A DNA stretch of 44,958 nt from Thermoanaerobaculia bacterium (GTDB taxonomy: Bacteria > Acidobacteriota > Thermoanaerobaculia > Multivoradales > UBA5704), in contig JBGAGQ010000056.1 in the NCBI GenBank assembly GCA_044226625.1, positions 1 to 44,958 on the forward strand, in the 5' to 3' direction. The notes beneath the pieces are model-generated. The model did not search any database. It was not told the DNA's origin and was given only the letters and a program-made list of their open reading frames with translations. Shown one piece after another: positions 35,281 through 44,753 of this stretch (within the stretch, counting starts at the first letter, position 1; the number at the start of each line of letters is the position of its first letter). The position numbers were made by a program, and so were the translations under genes.

Positions 35281-38200
35281 TCAGCCCACCTCGGCGGCGA
35301 TCTCCCGCCGGCGTTTGAGCTTGTAAACCGCCGGGTAGACCAGCAGCTCGAGCAGAAACGAGGTCGCCAGGCCGCCGATCATCGGCGCGGCGATTCGCTG
35401 GAGGACGTCCCCTCCGGCCGAGCGGGTCCAGAGGATCGGCAGTAGGCCGCAAAAGGCGGCTGCGACGGTCATCAGTTTCGGCCGCGCGCGCTTGACCGCG
35501 CCGTGGACGATCGCCTCGTCCAGGTCCGCCTCCGTACGGAGCCTCGAGGCGGCGCGCGCTTCGCGCCAGGAGAGGTCGAGGAACAGCAGCATGAAGACTC
35601 CGGTCTCGGCGTCGAGCCCGAGCAGGGCGATCATCCCCACCCAGGCCGCCACCGAGACGTGGTAGCCGAGCAGCCAGAAAAGCCAGACCGCACCGACGCA
35701 GGAGAACGGCACCGCGAGCATGACCAGCGTCGCCTTCCAGGCCGCGCCGGTGTTGGCGAGCAGCAGGACGTAGATCAGCGCGAGGGCGATCGGCACCAGC
35801 AGCGCGAGGCGGCGCCGCGCGGTGAGCAGGTGCTCGTACTGGCCGCTCCAGCCGAGGCTCACCCCGGCTGGGAGCTTCACCTCGCGCGCGACGGCCGCCT
35901 GCGCCGCTTCGACGAAGCCTCCCAGGTCGCGGCCCACAACGTCCACGTAGACGTACCCGACGAGGAAGCCGTTCTCGTCGCGAATCATCGACGGGCCGGA
36001 GACGACCGCGAGGTCGGCGACCTGGCCGAGCCGTACCGGCGTGCCCACCGGGGTGTCGATCGGCAATCGGGCCAGAGCGTCCGGCGTGTCGCGCAGCTCG
36101 CGGGGCAGGCGCACCGAGATGGGTATCCGCGCCCGGCCGTCGAGCAGCGTCGCGACCTGCTCGCCTCCCGCCGCGGTCGCGAGCAGCCGATCGAGATCGG
36201 CGACCGAGAGTCCGTAGCGCGCGAGCTCCTCCCGGCGCGGAATCACGTCGAGGAACAGGCCGCCCGCCGTCCGTTCGGCGAAGACGTGGGCCGCCCCGGA
36301 TACGCGCGCGACGACGCTCTCGAGCTCGGCGCCTACCCGCTCGATCTCGCTGAGGTCGGCGCCGTAGACCTTGATCCCGACCGGTGTGCGCAGTCCGGTC
36401 GAAAGCATCAGGATGCGCGTCTGGATCGGCTGGAGCCAGGAATTCGTCACCCCCGGCGCGCGGATCGCCGCGTCCATCTCCGCGATCAGCTCCTCGCGCG
36501 AGATCCGGTCCGGCCAGAGCGCGGCGAGCGGCGCGCGAGCCCAGGAGGGCATGTGCCCCGACCACCAGCGCCGCTTCTCGCGCCATGCGTCGCGAGGCTT
36601 GAGCACCACGGTGGTCTCGACCATCGAAAGCGGCGCGGGATCGGTGGCGCTCTCGGCGCGCCCGGCTTTGCCGAATACCCGCTCGACCTCCGGGAAGCTC
36701 TTGAGCACGCGGTCCTCCGCGGTGAGCAGCCGCTGCGCCTCGCCGATCGACAGGCCGGGCAGGGTGCTTGGCATGTAGAGGATCGTCCCCTCGTCGAGCG
36801 GCGGCATGAACTCGCTGCCGAGCGAGAGATAGGCCGGCACGCTCGCCGCGACGAGCAGGAGCGCGGCGGCGATCGTCGCCTGGGGATGGCGGAGGACGAA
36901 GCGGCATGCCGGCTCGTAGAGCTTCGCCACGCCGCGTTGGATGGGGTGGTCGCCCTCGGCGCGGTAGGTGCCGACCGCGAAAGCGTTCGTCACCCGGGCG
37001 AGCCAGCGCGGCTGGAACGCGAACGGCTCGGCGCGCGCGAACAGCATGCGCAGGGCGGGATCGAGCGTGATCGCGAGCAGCGCGGCGACCGCCATGGTCA
37101 AGTTCTTCGACGCCGCGAGCGGCCGGAACAGGCGACCTTCCTGACCCGCGAGGGCGAATACCGGCAGGAAGGCGACGGCGATCACCAGGAGCGAGAAGAA
37201 GACCGACGGTCCGACTTCCTCGAGCGCCCTCAGGCGCACCGCCGCGAACGGCTCCTTCTTGCCGCCCACCTGCCAGAGGTGGATGCGCTGATAGGCGTTC
37301 TCCACCTCGACGATCGCGCCGTCGACCAGCACGCCGATCGAGATCGCGATGCCGGCGATCGACATCAAATTGATCTCCAATCCAAGGGCGGAGAACGGCA
37401 GGAACGCCAGCAGCACGGCGACCGGCAGGGTCACGATCGGCACGATCGCCGACGGGAAATGCCAGAGGAACAGGAGGATCACCAGCGCCACCACGACCAT
37501 CTCGATCACCAGCTCGTGCCGGAGGGTGCGGATCGTCGCGCGGATCAGGCTGCCGCGGTCGTAGGTCGGGACGATCTCGACCCCGGGGGGGAGGCTCCGG
37601 GAGAGCTCGGCGAGTTTTGCCTTCACCCGATCGATCGCGGCGAGCGCGTTCTCTCCGTGCCGCAGGATGACGATCGCGCCGACCGCGTCGCCCGTGCCGT
37701 CCAGATCCGCGGCGCCTCGGCGGAGCGCGGGTCCCAGCGCCACCTCGGCCACGTCGCTCAGCCGCACCGGCGCGCGCCCCGGCTCGGCGCGCACGACGGC
37801 GCTTTCGAGATCCGCCTCGTTGCGCGCGAGGCCACGTCCGCGGACCATGATCTCGGCGCCCCCGGCCTCGATCAGGCGGCCCCCGCTCTCGACGTTCGCG
37901 TCGCGGGCGGCGGCGACCAGATCGCCGAGCGCGAGCCCGTAGGCCTGCAGACGGACGGGATCGGCGGTGATCTGCATTTCGGGGGGCAGCCCGCCGATCG
38001 TCGCCACCTCGGCGACACCGGGCACCGATTGGACGGCGAAGCGGAGCGTCCAGTCCTGGAGCTGCCGCAGGTCGGTCGACGAGAGGCGGCCGCTACGGTC
38101 GACCAGCGCGTATTGATAGACCCAGCCGACGCCCGAGGCGTCGGGGCCTAGCTCCGTCCGCACGCCCTCCGGAAGCTGGGCCTTGGCGAGCTGTTCGAGC

Positions 38201-38526
38201 ACGCGCGAGCGCGCCTGGCCGGTGTCGGTCCCCTCCTCGAAGATCGCGTACACGTAGGAGAAGCCGAAGTCGGAGAAGCCGCGCACGGCTTTCACCCCTG
38301 AGGCCCCGAGCAGCGCGGTCACCAGCGGATAAGTCACCTGCGCCTCGATCCGATCGGGCGGCCGGTCCCAGCGCGAGAAAACGATCACTTGCGGGTCCGA
38401 CAGGTCGGGGAGTGCGTCGAGAGGAATGCGGTCGAGCGTCGCCACGGCGAGCAGTACGAGCGCCCCGACCGCAAGCAGCACGAACAGGGGATGGAGCGCC
38501 GAGACGCGGATGATGCGGGCGATCAT
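35281..38526 (-). CDS. cusA: CusA-type Cu(I)/Ag(I) RND efflux permease
   Basis: LDALPDLSD.QVIV, LGPDASGVGWVYQY, and the Met triad contexts LYMPSTLPG, APLSMVETT and RILMLSTG. Also KRARPKLMT. Confidence 0.93.
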   Translation of the reverse strand: MIARIIRVSALHPLFVLLAVGALVLLAVATLDRIPLDALPDLSDPQVIVFSRWDRPPDRIEAQVTYPLVTALLGASGVKAVRGFSDFGFSYVYAIFEEGTDTGQARSRVLEQLAKAQLPEGVRTELGPDASGVGWVYQYALVDRSGRLSSTDLRQLQDWTLRFAVQSVPGVAEVATIGGLPPEMQITADPVRLQAYGLALGDLVAAARDANVESGGRLIEAGGAEIMVRGRGLARNEADLESAVVRAEPGRAPVRLSDVAEVALGPALRRGAADLDGTGDAVGAIVILRHGENALAAIDRVKAKLAELSRSLPPGVEIVPTYDRGSLIRATIRTLRHELVIEMVVVALVILLFLWHFPSAIVPIVTLPVAVLLAFLPFSALGLEINLMSIAGIAISIGVLVDGAIVEVENAYQRIHLWQVGGKKEPFAAVRLRALEEVGPSVFFSLLVIAVAFLPVFALAGQEGRLFRPLAASKNLTMAVAALLAITLDPALRMLFARAEPFAFQPRWLARVTNAFAVGTYRAEGDHPIQRGVAKLYEPACRFVLRHPQATIAAALLLVAASVPAYLSLGSEFMPPLDEGTILYMPSTLPGLSIGEAQRLLTAEDRVLKSFPEVERVFGKAGRAESATDPAPLSMVETTVVLKPRDAWREKRRWWSGHMPSWARAPLAALWPDRISREELIAEMDAAIRAPGVTNSWLQPIQTRILMLSTGLRTPVGIKVYGADLSEIERVGAELESVVARVSGAAHVFAERTAGGLFLDVIPRREELARYGLSVADLDRLLATAAGGEQVATLLDGRARIPISVRLPRELRDTPDALARLPIDTPVGTPVRLGQVADLAVVSGPSMIRDENGFLVGYVYVDVVGRDLGGFVEAAQAAVAREVKLPAGVSLGWSGQYEHLLTARRRLALLVPIALALIYVLLLANTGAAWKATLVMLAVPFSCVGAVWLFWLLGYHVSVAAWVGMIALLGLDAETGVFMLLFLDLSWREARAASRLRTEADLDEAIVHGAVKRARPKLMTVAAAFCGLLPILWTRSAGGDVLQRIAAPMIGGLATSFLLELLVYPAVYKLKRRREIAAEVG

Positions 38527-39854
38527 CGCGGTTCTCTCGGCTTCGGCGGGGTGGCCGCGGAGGGAGTCCGAGGGTTCGGCGAAGCGGGGAGCGCGCCGCG
38601 CAGCCGGCTCTCGGCATCGAGCAAGAACGCCGCTTGCGCCGCCACTTTCTCGCCTTCGCGGACGCCCGAGAGGATCTCCGCTCGGCCGTTCGCGCGCGCC
38701 CCGACCTCGACCTCCCGCGGCGAGAACCGCCCGGCGGCCGTCTCGACGAACGCGAGCGTCCGCTCCCCCGTGGGCAGCAGGCTCGCGTCGGGCAGCAGGA
38801 GGACCGCGCGCGGCGGCTCGGCGAGCTCGACGAACGCGGACATGCCGGGCTTGAGCGCCAGGTCGCCGTTCGGCACCGCGATCCGCACGGTGAGCGTCCG
38901 GTTCGCGGTGTCAAGCATCGGCAGCACTCCGACCAGGCGCCCCGTGCGGCTCGTTCCCGGTACGGCGGCGAAGGTGAGCGTCGCCTCCCTCCCCGCCACG
39001 CCGAGCGCCGCATCCTCCTCGGGGAGGCTCGCCTCGACGAACACGGTCGAAAGGTCGCTGATCTCGAACAGCGTCGCGCCCGCCTCGACCCGGGCCCCGC
39101 GCACCGCGGCGAGCCGGGTCACCCAGCCCGAGGTCGGCGCCGGGATCGCGAGCGTCCGCTCCGTCCGTCCGCTCTGCTCGATACGCCGGAGCGCCGCCTC
39201 GGGCAGGCCGAGCAGCGCGAGCCGTCGCCGCGCAGCCTCGGCGATCTCTCGGCCTCCTTCCACGACCTCCGGAATCGTCGAGGCGGCGAAGCGCGCGGCC
39301 GTCTCCCGGGCGCGGAGATACTCCTCCTGCCCCGCGACCAGCTCGGGCGAAAACAGCTCGGCGAGCGTCTGGCCGCGGCGGACCCGCTCGCCGGTGCGCC
39401 CCACCGACAACCCTTCGAGCCATCCCGCGAAACGCGCCACCACCTCGGTCCGGCGCGCCTCGTCGGCCGTCACCGTCCCGGGCAGGCGGACCGAGCGGGC
39501 GAACGGCTCGCGGACCACCGGAACGACCGCGACCCCGCCGAGCGCGAGACTCGCCGCCGAGAGCGCCGGGGCGGCGGCCGGCTTCGGTGGGGCCCCGGTC
39601 TGTTCCCCCGCCGCTGTCGATCCCGTGGCCTCGCTTCCCGGTTCGGCGTAGACCGGAATGTAGTCCATCCCCATGTCGTCCTTCGCCGGGACCGGCGAGG
39701 TGATGTCGGGCTGCATGGGATGGCGGTAGAAGAGGGGCTTCTGTCCGGCGGCTGCCGGCTCGTGCGCATGTTTCGAGCAGCCGAGCGGGAGCGCGAGGAG
39801 GACCACCAGCGAGAGCACGGCGGTGCGGATGCGGGGGAACGGCCGCGGGGTCAT
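38523..39854 (-). CDS. cusB: CusB-type periplasmic adaptor with N-terminal Met-rich metal-binding motif
   Basis: YRHPMQP...KDDMGMDYIPVY, FSPELV.GQEEYL, LKPGM and AFLLDAESRL. Overlaps cusA by 4 bp. Confidence 0.92.
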   Translation of the reverse strand: MTPRPFPRIRTAVLSLVVLLALPLGCSKHAHEPAAAGQKPLFYRHPMQPDITSPVPAKDDMGMDYIPVYAEPGSEATGSTAAGEQTGAPPKPAAAPALSAASLALGGVAVVPVVREPFARSVRLPGTVTADEARRTEVVARFAGWLEGLSVGRTGERVRRGQTLAELFSPELVAGQEEYLRARETAARFAASTIPEVVEGGREIAEAARRRLALLGLPEAALRRIEQSGRTERTLAIPAPTSGWVTRLAAVRGARVEAGATLFEISDLSTVFVEASLPEEDAALGVAGREATLTFAAVPGTSRTGRLVGVLPMLDTANRTLTVRIAVPNGDLALKPGMSAFVELAEPPRAVLLLPDASLLPTGERTLAFVETAAGRFSPREVEVGARANGRAEILSGVREGEKVAAQAAFLLDAESRLRGALPASPNPRTPSAATPPKPREPR

Positions 39855-41458
39855 CGGACGTCTCCTCTCGAGGGCGGGATTTCCAAGGGGGAAGGAGCTT
39901 GCGGCGAAGAGGGCAGCGGAGAAGGAGAAGGAGGAATCGCGTCGGGTTCGGCGAGCAGCTTCGAGGCGGTGGGCGGTCCGAGCAGCGCCGCGAGCTCCGC
40001 GGCGGCGACGTAGCGGGCTGCTTCGGCCCGTGCGAGATCGGCCCGTGCGTCGATCCAGGTTTGGAATGCGGCAAGCGCCCCCGAAAGGTCGCCTCGTCCG
40101 GCGAGGTAGTCGGAGCGCGAGGCGTCGAAAGCGAGCCGCGCCTGGGGCAGGAGCGCCTCGCGAAGGTGGAACGCGATCTCTCCGTACCGCGCGACGTCGG
40201 CGAGGAGCCGCTCGGACTCGGCCCGCGCGCCGAGCTCGGCCGCCCGGAGGTCCGCGCGCGCGGCTTCGACCTCGCGAGCCGCCGCGACGCGCAACGCCTC
40301 GGCCCGTCCTTTTTGGAGCGAGGGGAGCTGCACCCCGAAGCGGAGCGCGACCATGGGGTCGAGCGGGCCGCGGGTGCCGACGCCGACCCCCGCCGAGAAA
40401 TCCGGTTTCGCCGCAAGCCCCGCGAGGTCCGCGCGAAAGCGCGCCGCCGTCAGCTCGGCGTCGGCCAGCCGCACCTCGGGAGAGTTCGCGAACGCACGGG
40501 CCGGCCTCTCGGTCCGATCCCCCGGCTCCGCTTCGTGGCCGGCGGGGCGCTCGCTCGCCGGAGGTCTTTTCGCTTCGGGTTGATCCGCGGTGCCCGCGGT
40601 GGAAGGAACCGCGGCAGAAGCCGTCTCAGGGCCGGGGTCCGCGGTCGAAGGCGGAGCGGCCTCGGGCTCGAACCATTGCGGTGGCTGCGGCAAAGAGAGC
40701 ACAGGCCCGATCGTCAGGGGGCCGCTCCGGCCGAGCCAGCGTGCGAGCTCCGCCTCGGCGGAGCGCCGCTCGGAGGCGATCTCGATCCGCCGCTCCTCGG
40801 CGTGGAGGCGCTCAAGCTGTGCCCGCGCGACCTCCCCCTGCCCTCCCTGGCCCGCGCCGTAGGCGCTGGTGGCGGTCGCCGCCATCAGATCGAGCAACTC
40901 GCGCCCGGCGTTCCAGGCCGCGTCGGCTTGATCGAGCGCGTAGATCCGGGCGTAAACCGAGCGCACACCGGCGGCCACACGGCGGACCGCGAGCGCGGCG
41001 GCCTCCCGGGGAACCAGGGTCGCGCTGGCCGCGACCGCCCGCTCCGCCCGTCGCCGCGCGGGGTGCGGCAGCTCCTGCCGGACCTCGATCCCCAGAATTG
41101 AAAACTCGCTGGTGCCGACCGTGTAGCGAGGGAAGCTCTCGTCATCGAGATAGGTCTCGATCATCGGCCCCGGCAACGCGCCGGCAGGGCGCGCCGCGGC
41201 CTCCGCCGCCGCCGCGCGCGCTTCGGCCGCGCGGATCTCCGGGTTCGCGGCGAGCGCCTCGGCGATCAGCGTTTCGACGGGGGGCGCCGATTCCGGTGCG
41301 ACCGAAGGCGCTGGGGCGGGCGCGATTGGAGGCGCGGGGGGTGTGGAAACAGGCTGGGCGAGAGTTTGCGAGCCGCTCTGGGAGCCGCCCGGCCGCGCGA
41401 GGGCCGAGCCGATCCAGAGGGCGAGGACGATCGATCGTCGGGCTACGAAGAAGGGCAT
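39851..41458 (-). CDS. cusC: TolC/CusC-family outer membrane efflux protein
   Basis: GGAGG RBS before ATG 41458. ALAANPEI, AGALP.P, QELP.P, NSPEV, KPDF.. and Y.AG. Overlaps cusB by 4 bp. Confidence 0.85.
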   Translation of the reverse strand: MPFFVARRSIVLALWIGSALARPGGSQSGSQTLAQPVSTPPAPPIAPAPAPSVAPESAPPVETLIAEALAANPEIRAAEARAAAAEAAARPAGALPGPMIETYLDDESFPRYTVGTSEFSILGIEVRQELPHPARRRAERAVAASATLVPREAAALAVRRVAAGVRSVYARIYALDQADAAWNAGRELLDLMAATATSAYGAGQGGQGEVARAQLERLHAEERRIEIASERRSAEAELARWLGRSGPLTIGPVLSLPQPPQWFEPEAAPPSTADPGPETASAAVPSTAGTADQPEAKRPPASERPAGHEAEPGDRTERPARAFANSPEVRLADAELTAARFRADLAGLAAKPDFSAGVGVGTRGPLDPMVALRFGVQLPSLQKGRAEALRVAAAREVEAARADLRAAELGARAESERLLADVARYGEIAFHLREALLPQARLAFDASRSDYLAGRGDLSGALAAFQTWIDARADLARAEAARYVAAAELAALLGPPTASKLLAEPDAIPPSPSPLPSSPQAPSPLEIPPSRGDVR

Positions 41459-41533
41459 TGTTCCTCCGGAAAACGGGTCGTCGAGGAGCCCTTGCGGGGC
41501 TCCGAGCGGACACACTTCTCCTGAGGAAACCCC

Positions 41534-41881
41534 CTAGATCAGGAACGCGGCGTAGAGGGTGAAGCGGGCGATCTCCGGATGGAGCGCGGTGGCGTTCCTC
41601 GGCCGTCCGTCGGTCGGCGCGAGAGCGGGGAGACCCGGTGCGGGAGCCGGTGCCGCGGGCGCCGAGGGCAGCGCGGCAAGCGAGGAGACCGCGGACGTGG
41701 GCGCGCGGTCGGCGCGCACGGCCCCGGGGCAGCAGTCGCCCCCCATTCTCCGGCAGGCCTGGCGCGCCACCCGGTCCATCGGGCAACGCTCGGTCCCGCA
41801 GATGCCGCCCGGTGCGGCCCCGCCGATCAGACCGGCGAGGAGGGCAACGGCGGCGAGGCGACGAGGGAGCGCGAGAAACAT
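41534..41881 (-). CDS. Small Cys-rich ORF heading the cus operon (candidate metal-sensing leader peptide)
   Basis: Hydrophobic N-terminus, C....CPM......C...M..DCC, Pro/Ala-rich linker, and C-terminus ARFTLYAAFLI. A TAAGAT -10-like box lies 8 nt before the ATG. Confidence 0.7.
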   Translation of the reverse strand: MFLALPRRLAAVALLAGLIGGAAPGGICGTERCPMDRVARQACRRMGGDCCPGAVRADRAPTSAVSSLAALPSAPAAPAPAPGLPALAPTDGRPRNATALHPEIARFTLYAAFLI

Positions 41882-42089
41882 TCGGCGGTATCTTACGACC
41901 CGGCGAGCCGAAACGCGCCACCTCTTCGGGTAGAGTGCCAGGGTCCACGTCCGTCGCCCGCCGTCATTTTCTGACCTCGAAGACCTCGGAGACGGCGGGG
42001 TCGGCGCGCAGGTCGGCTCTTCTCGTCGAGAAATGTGCATTTCCAGGCAGAGACCCATTCGCCAGGGCCACTCAGGGAGGCGCTTCGGT

Positions 42090-42581
42090 ATGCGCGACGA
42101 AGAACAGAGGATCATCGAGCTACTGGAGATCGCTTTGCGCACTTCGGGCAAGTCGAAGAAGCAGGTGGATGAGAGCCGCGGCTGGTGCCGCGGCACGACC
42201 AGCCAACTGCTCAAAGGGCGAATCGATCTAAAAGTCCGCCACGTGTTCGAGATCTTGGAGGTCGCCGAGACCTACCCGGAGGATTTCTTCGGTGCCCTGT
42301 TCCCGCGCAAGAGCGTTTCTGAGCTGCCGCCTCCGGGGCTGGAGGAGATGATCCGCGCCGCCGCTCGTCGTCACGGACTCACCCCTGAGACGGCCGCTGC
42401 CGACATGGATCGCGTCCATGGCCTCGACCAGCCCCCGCCGTCGGTCGACCAGTTGGTGGCGATGGTCGAGGTCCGATTGAACGCGCTTCTCGCCAAGCAC
42501 GAGGAGAAGCTCGACAAGAAGCGCCCGGGCCGCCAGCCGTCCCGCAAGGGGACGCGTTCCAAGCCCGCCGAGGCGACCTGA
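42090..42581 (+). CDS. XRE-like helix-turn-helix protein
   Basis: GGGAGG RBS. LLEIALRTSGKSKKQVDESRGWCRGTTSQLLKGRIDLKVRHVFEIL...PEDFF. Confidence 0.8.
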   Translation: MRDEEQRIIELLEIALRTSGKSKKQVDESRGWCRGTTSQLLKGRIDLKVRHVFEILEVAETYPEDFFGALFPRKSVSELPPPGLEEMIRAAARRHGLTPETAAADMDRVHGLDQPPPSVDQLVAMVEVRLNALLAKHEEKLDKKRPGRQPSRKGTRSKPAEAT

Positions 42582-42591
42582 TCCTGCGAGA

Positions 42592-43956
42592 TCAAGTGGC
42601 CCCCGGGCGCTGCGGCCGTAGGTTTTCGGCCTCTTTGAGCGCCGCCTTCGCAAGCTCGACGGTGGCCTGCTGCTGGCGGACGGCTTCGTCGAGCAGGAGG
42701 AGCGAGGCGAACTCTTCGCGCTCGATGCCGAGGGCGAGAAAGGCCGCGATCGTTTCTTCGACGATCGTCTTGGCCTCTTCGGTCCGCCCTTCCTGAAGCC
42801 AGATCGCGCAGAGCTCCAGTCCCGCGACCGCGGCGTGCATCGGCAGCTTCAGCCGCGCAAACTCGCGGCGCACCGTGCGGAACGCCGCCTTCGCCTGGTG
42901 CAGCCGGCCGAGACCGGCGGCGATCTTCCCGGCGACGGCGCGCAGCTTCAACCTCTCGATCGGGCTGGCGAGCGCTTCGAGGACCGGGCGCGCGGAAAGG
43001 TGCAGCCGGTCGGCGCGGGCGAAATCTCCCAGATCGGCGAGCAAGAGAATCGCGTTCTTGAGCGCCGAGACCGCCAGATCGGGCGCCTTGTCGGCGTCGA
43101 TGAGATCGTAGGCGCGGCAGAAATGGTTGATCGCCGACTCGACCCTTCCGGCCTGGCCGACGGCGACGCCGCGGAGAAAGAGCGCCTTGCCCGCGCGGTG
43201 AAGCTGACCCTTCTCCAAATAAATCCGATGGGCGAGACCGAGCGCTTCGTCCGCCCGGTCGAACTGGTTTTGATCGATCCATAAGGAGGCGGAGAGATCA
43301 AACAAGCCGGCGAGCACGAGACGATCACCGTGTCCGCGGCCGACGAGGTCCATCGCCCGCCGAAACGACTCTTCGGCCATCCGATAGCGTCCGAGCAGGC
43401 GCTCCGCGTTGGCGAGCTCGGCCCAGAGCCTCGCCGCGAGCTCGGCATCACGCCAGGCCTCCTCTGAACGAGTTTCCCTCGAGGGAAGCAGACGAGTCAC
43501 CTCGGAGACCAGCAGGCGCGCGGCGGCCTCATACGCCTCCGGCGTACCCTGGCGGAGGGCGGGAAACGCCGCCAGCCAGACGCGGCAGCGATAGCGGATG
43601 CGGGCTTCCACCTCAGGACCTTCAGGGATCGGACCGGGTAGTTGTCTCGAAACGAGGAACCGACGGACTTCTTCGGCGACCTTTCGCTGCCGTTGGTCGA
43701 GTCGACGGACGAAACGGGTCATTCGAAGGAGAGCTCCATCGTAGGCCTCGAGCGTGTCCGCAGCGGAACGTGAGGCGCGTGGCGATGGCGAGTGCTCGGG
43801 ATGGAGAGCCAGTTCCATCCAGGGCTTCAGGCGCCGCTGGCAGATGGCGCACCCTCGCACGAGATGGAGCAGCGCGCTGCTTCTTGCCTGAGAATCGAGC
43901 CGATTGTGCAAAAGGTCGATCAACTCAGTGGAAGCGGGGTGCCAGGTCTTGGACAT
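42592..43956 (-). CDS. TPR-like helical repeat protein with N-terminal zf-HC2-like motif (paralog of 22438-23793)
   Basis: GGGAGG RBS. WHP...L.....L......LLHLVRGCAIC, YD.AL.R, WAELANAERL.G, and AAVAGLEL....LQEGRTEE...F.ALGIERE. Confidence 0.82.
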   Translation of the reverse strand: MSKTWHPASTELIDLLHNRLDSQARSSALLHLVRGCAICQRRLKPWMELALHPEHSPSPRASRSAADTLEAYDGALLRMTRFVRRLDQRQRKVAEEVRRFLVSRQLPGPIPEGPEVEARIRYRCRVWLAAFPALRQGTPEAYEAAARLLVSEVTRLLPSRETRSEEAWRDAELAARLWAELANAERLLGRYRMAEESFRRAMDLVGRGHGDRLVLAGLFDLSASLWIDQNQFDRADEALGLAHRIYLEKGQLHRAGKALFLRGVAVGQAGRVESAINHFCRAYDLIDADKAPDLAVSALKNAILLLADLGDFARADRLHLSARPVLEALASPIERLKLRAVAGKIAAGLGRLHQAKAAFRTVRREFARLKLPMHAAVAGLELCAIWLQEGRTEEAKTIVEETIAAFLALGIEREEFASLLLLDEAVRQQQATVELAKAALKEAENLRPQRPGAT

Positions 43957-44243
43957 CGAGACCTCCCAGGCGATGGAGACCAGACAATCAGCGACAGCTT
44001 CCGATCGGATCGTCGATTGTCGCACAACAGCAACGGCCCACCGCCCAGAAATTTCGGCTCTCCTCCTATGCTCTCCAAGGGGTTCGGGAGCCAAGCTGTG
44101 TTGCCGGAACTTCGTGGCGAGACGCTACGATGTGTTGCTTCGCGTCCCGGCCGCGAGTCTTCGCCTGCCGGGACACGCCCCGGCCGCGGAGGACCCTCTC
44201 CCTATTGGACAGCGAGCTGTACGGCGTCGCGCGGAGATTCAGA

Positions 44244-44640
44244 CGCAGCACCGGACAAGGTTGCCGCATCCTTCCAATCGAGCTCCGCAACACACAGACC
44301 TCGTTCCGCAACGCACGGACCTTGGTCCGCATCACACGGACTTTGGTCCGCATCACACGGATCTCGTTCCGCAACGCACGGCACCACGGAGGCAACACAA
44401 AGGGAAGCTTCCGGATCGTCGGGAACCGAGACGGGGCCGTCCGGACCGGGTTCTGTGCCGTCCGGAGCTTCTCCCCAACGTCGCGGGAGCGGGTCCCGCC
44501 GGCCGGGAGACGGAACTTTGTGATGCGACGAGAGGTGCGTGCTGCTTCATCTCCGATTTGTGCTGCCTGGAAGAGGGTTCATGTGTTGCATCGAAAGTGC
44601 CGAGCGTTGCGGTACGAGGTCCGAGTGTTGCGTCACCAAT
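44244..44640. repeat. Degenerate 21-bp tandem array that reverses orientation midway
   Basis: Forward units at 44244, 44265, 44286, 44307, 44328, 44349, 44370 and 44391 (consensus cgcaWcRcacggaYcTYgKtc). Reverse-complement units recur in 21-bp phase over about 44516-44632, for example tgcggtacgaggtccgagtgttgcg. Confidence 0.88.
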
Positions 44641-44753
44641 TCCGGTAGGGAGGTCGGAATCCCGTTCCGGGCCGGCCGCCAGCAGTTTCCATCCCTACTC
44701 CAGAGGGGGCCTGGGTGAGACCGCGATCAGCTGCACGTGCGTGAGGAGAACCC

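Noticed and set aside
29289-38151. Long antisense ORFs (29289-31751 +, 35503-38151 +, and similar ones across the window)
   Set aside because: These are shadow frames of real high-GC genes on the opposite strand, with no motifs.
44244-44640. CRISPR array
   Set aside because: Units are contiguous 21-mers with no unique spacers, the orientation flips, and there are no cas genes.
43770-44648. 292-aa ORF with heptad repeats (RNARTLV/RITRTLV)
   Set aside because: It overlaps the TPR gene antisense, has no clear RBS and is Arg-rich. The heptads follow directly from the 21-bp DNA repeat.
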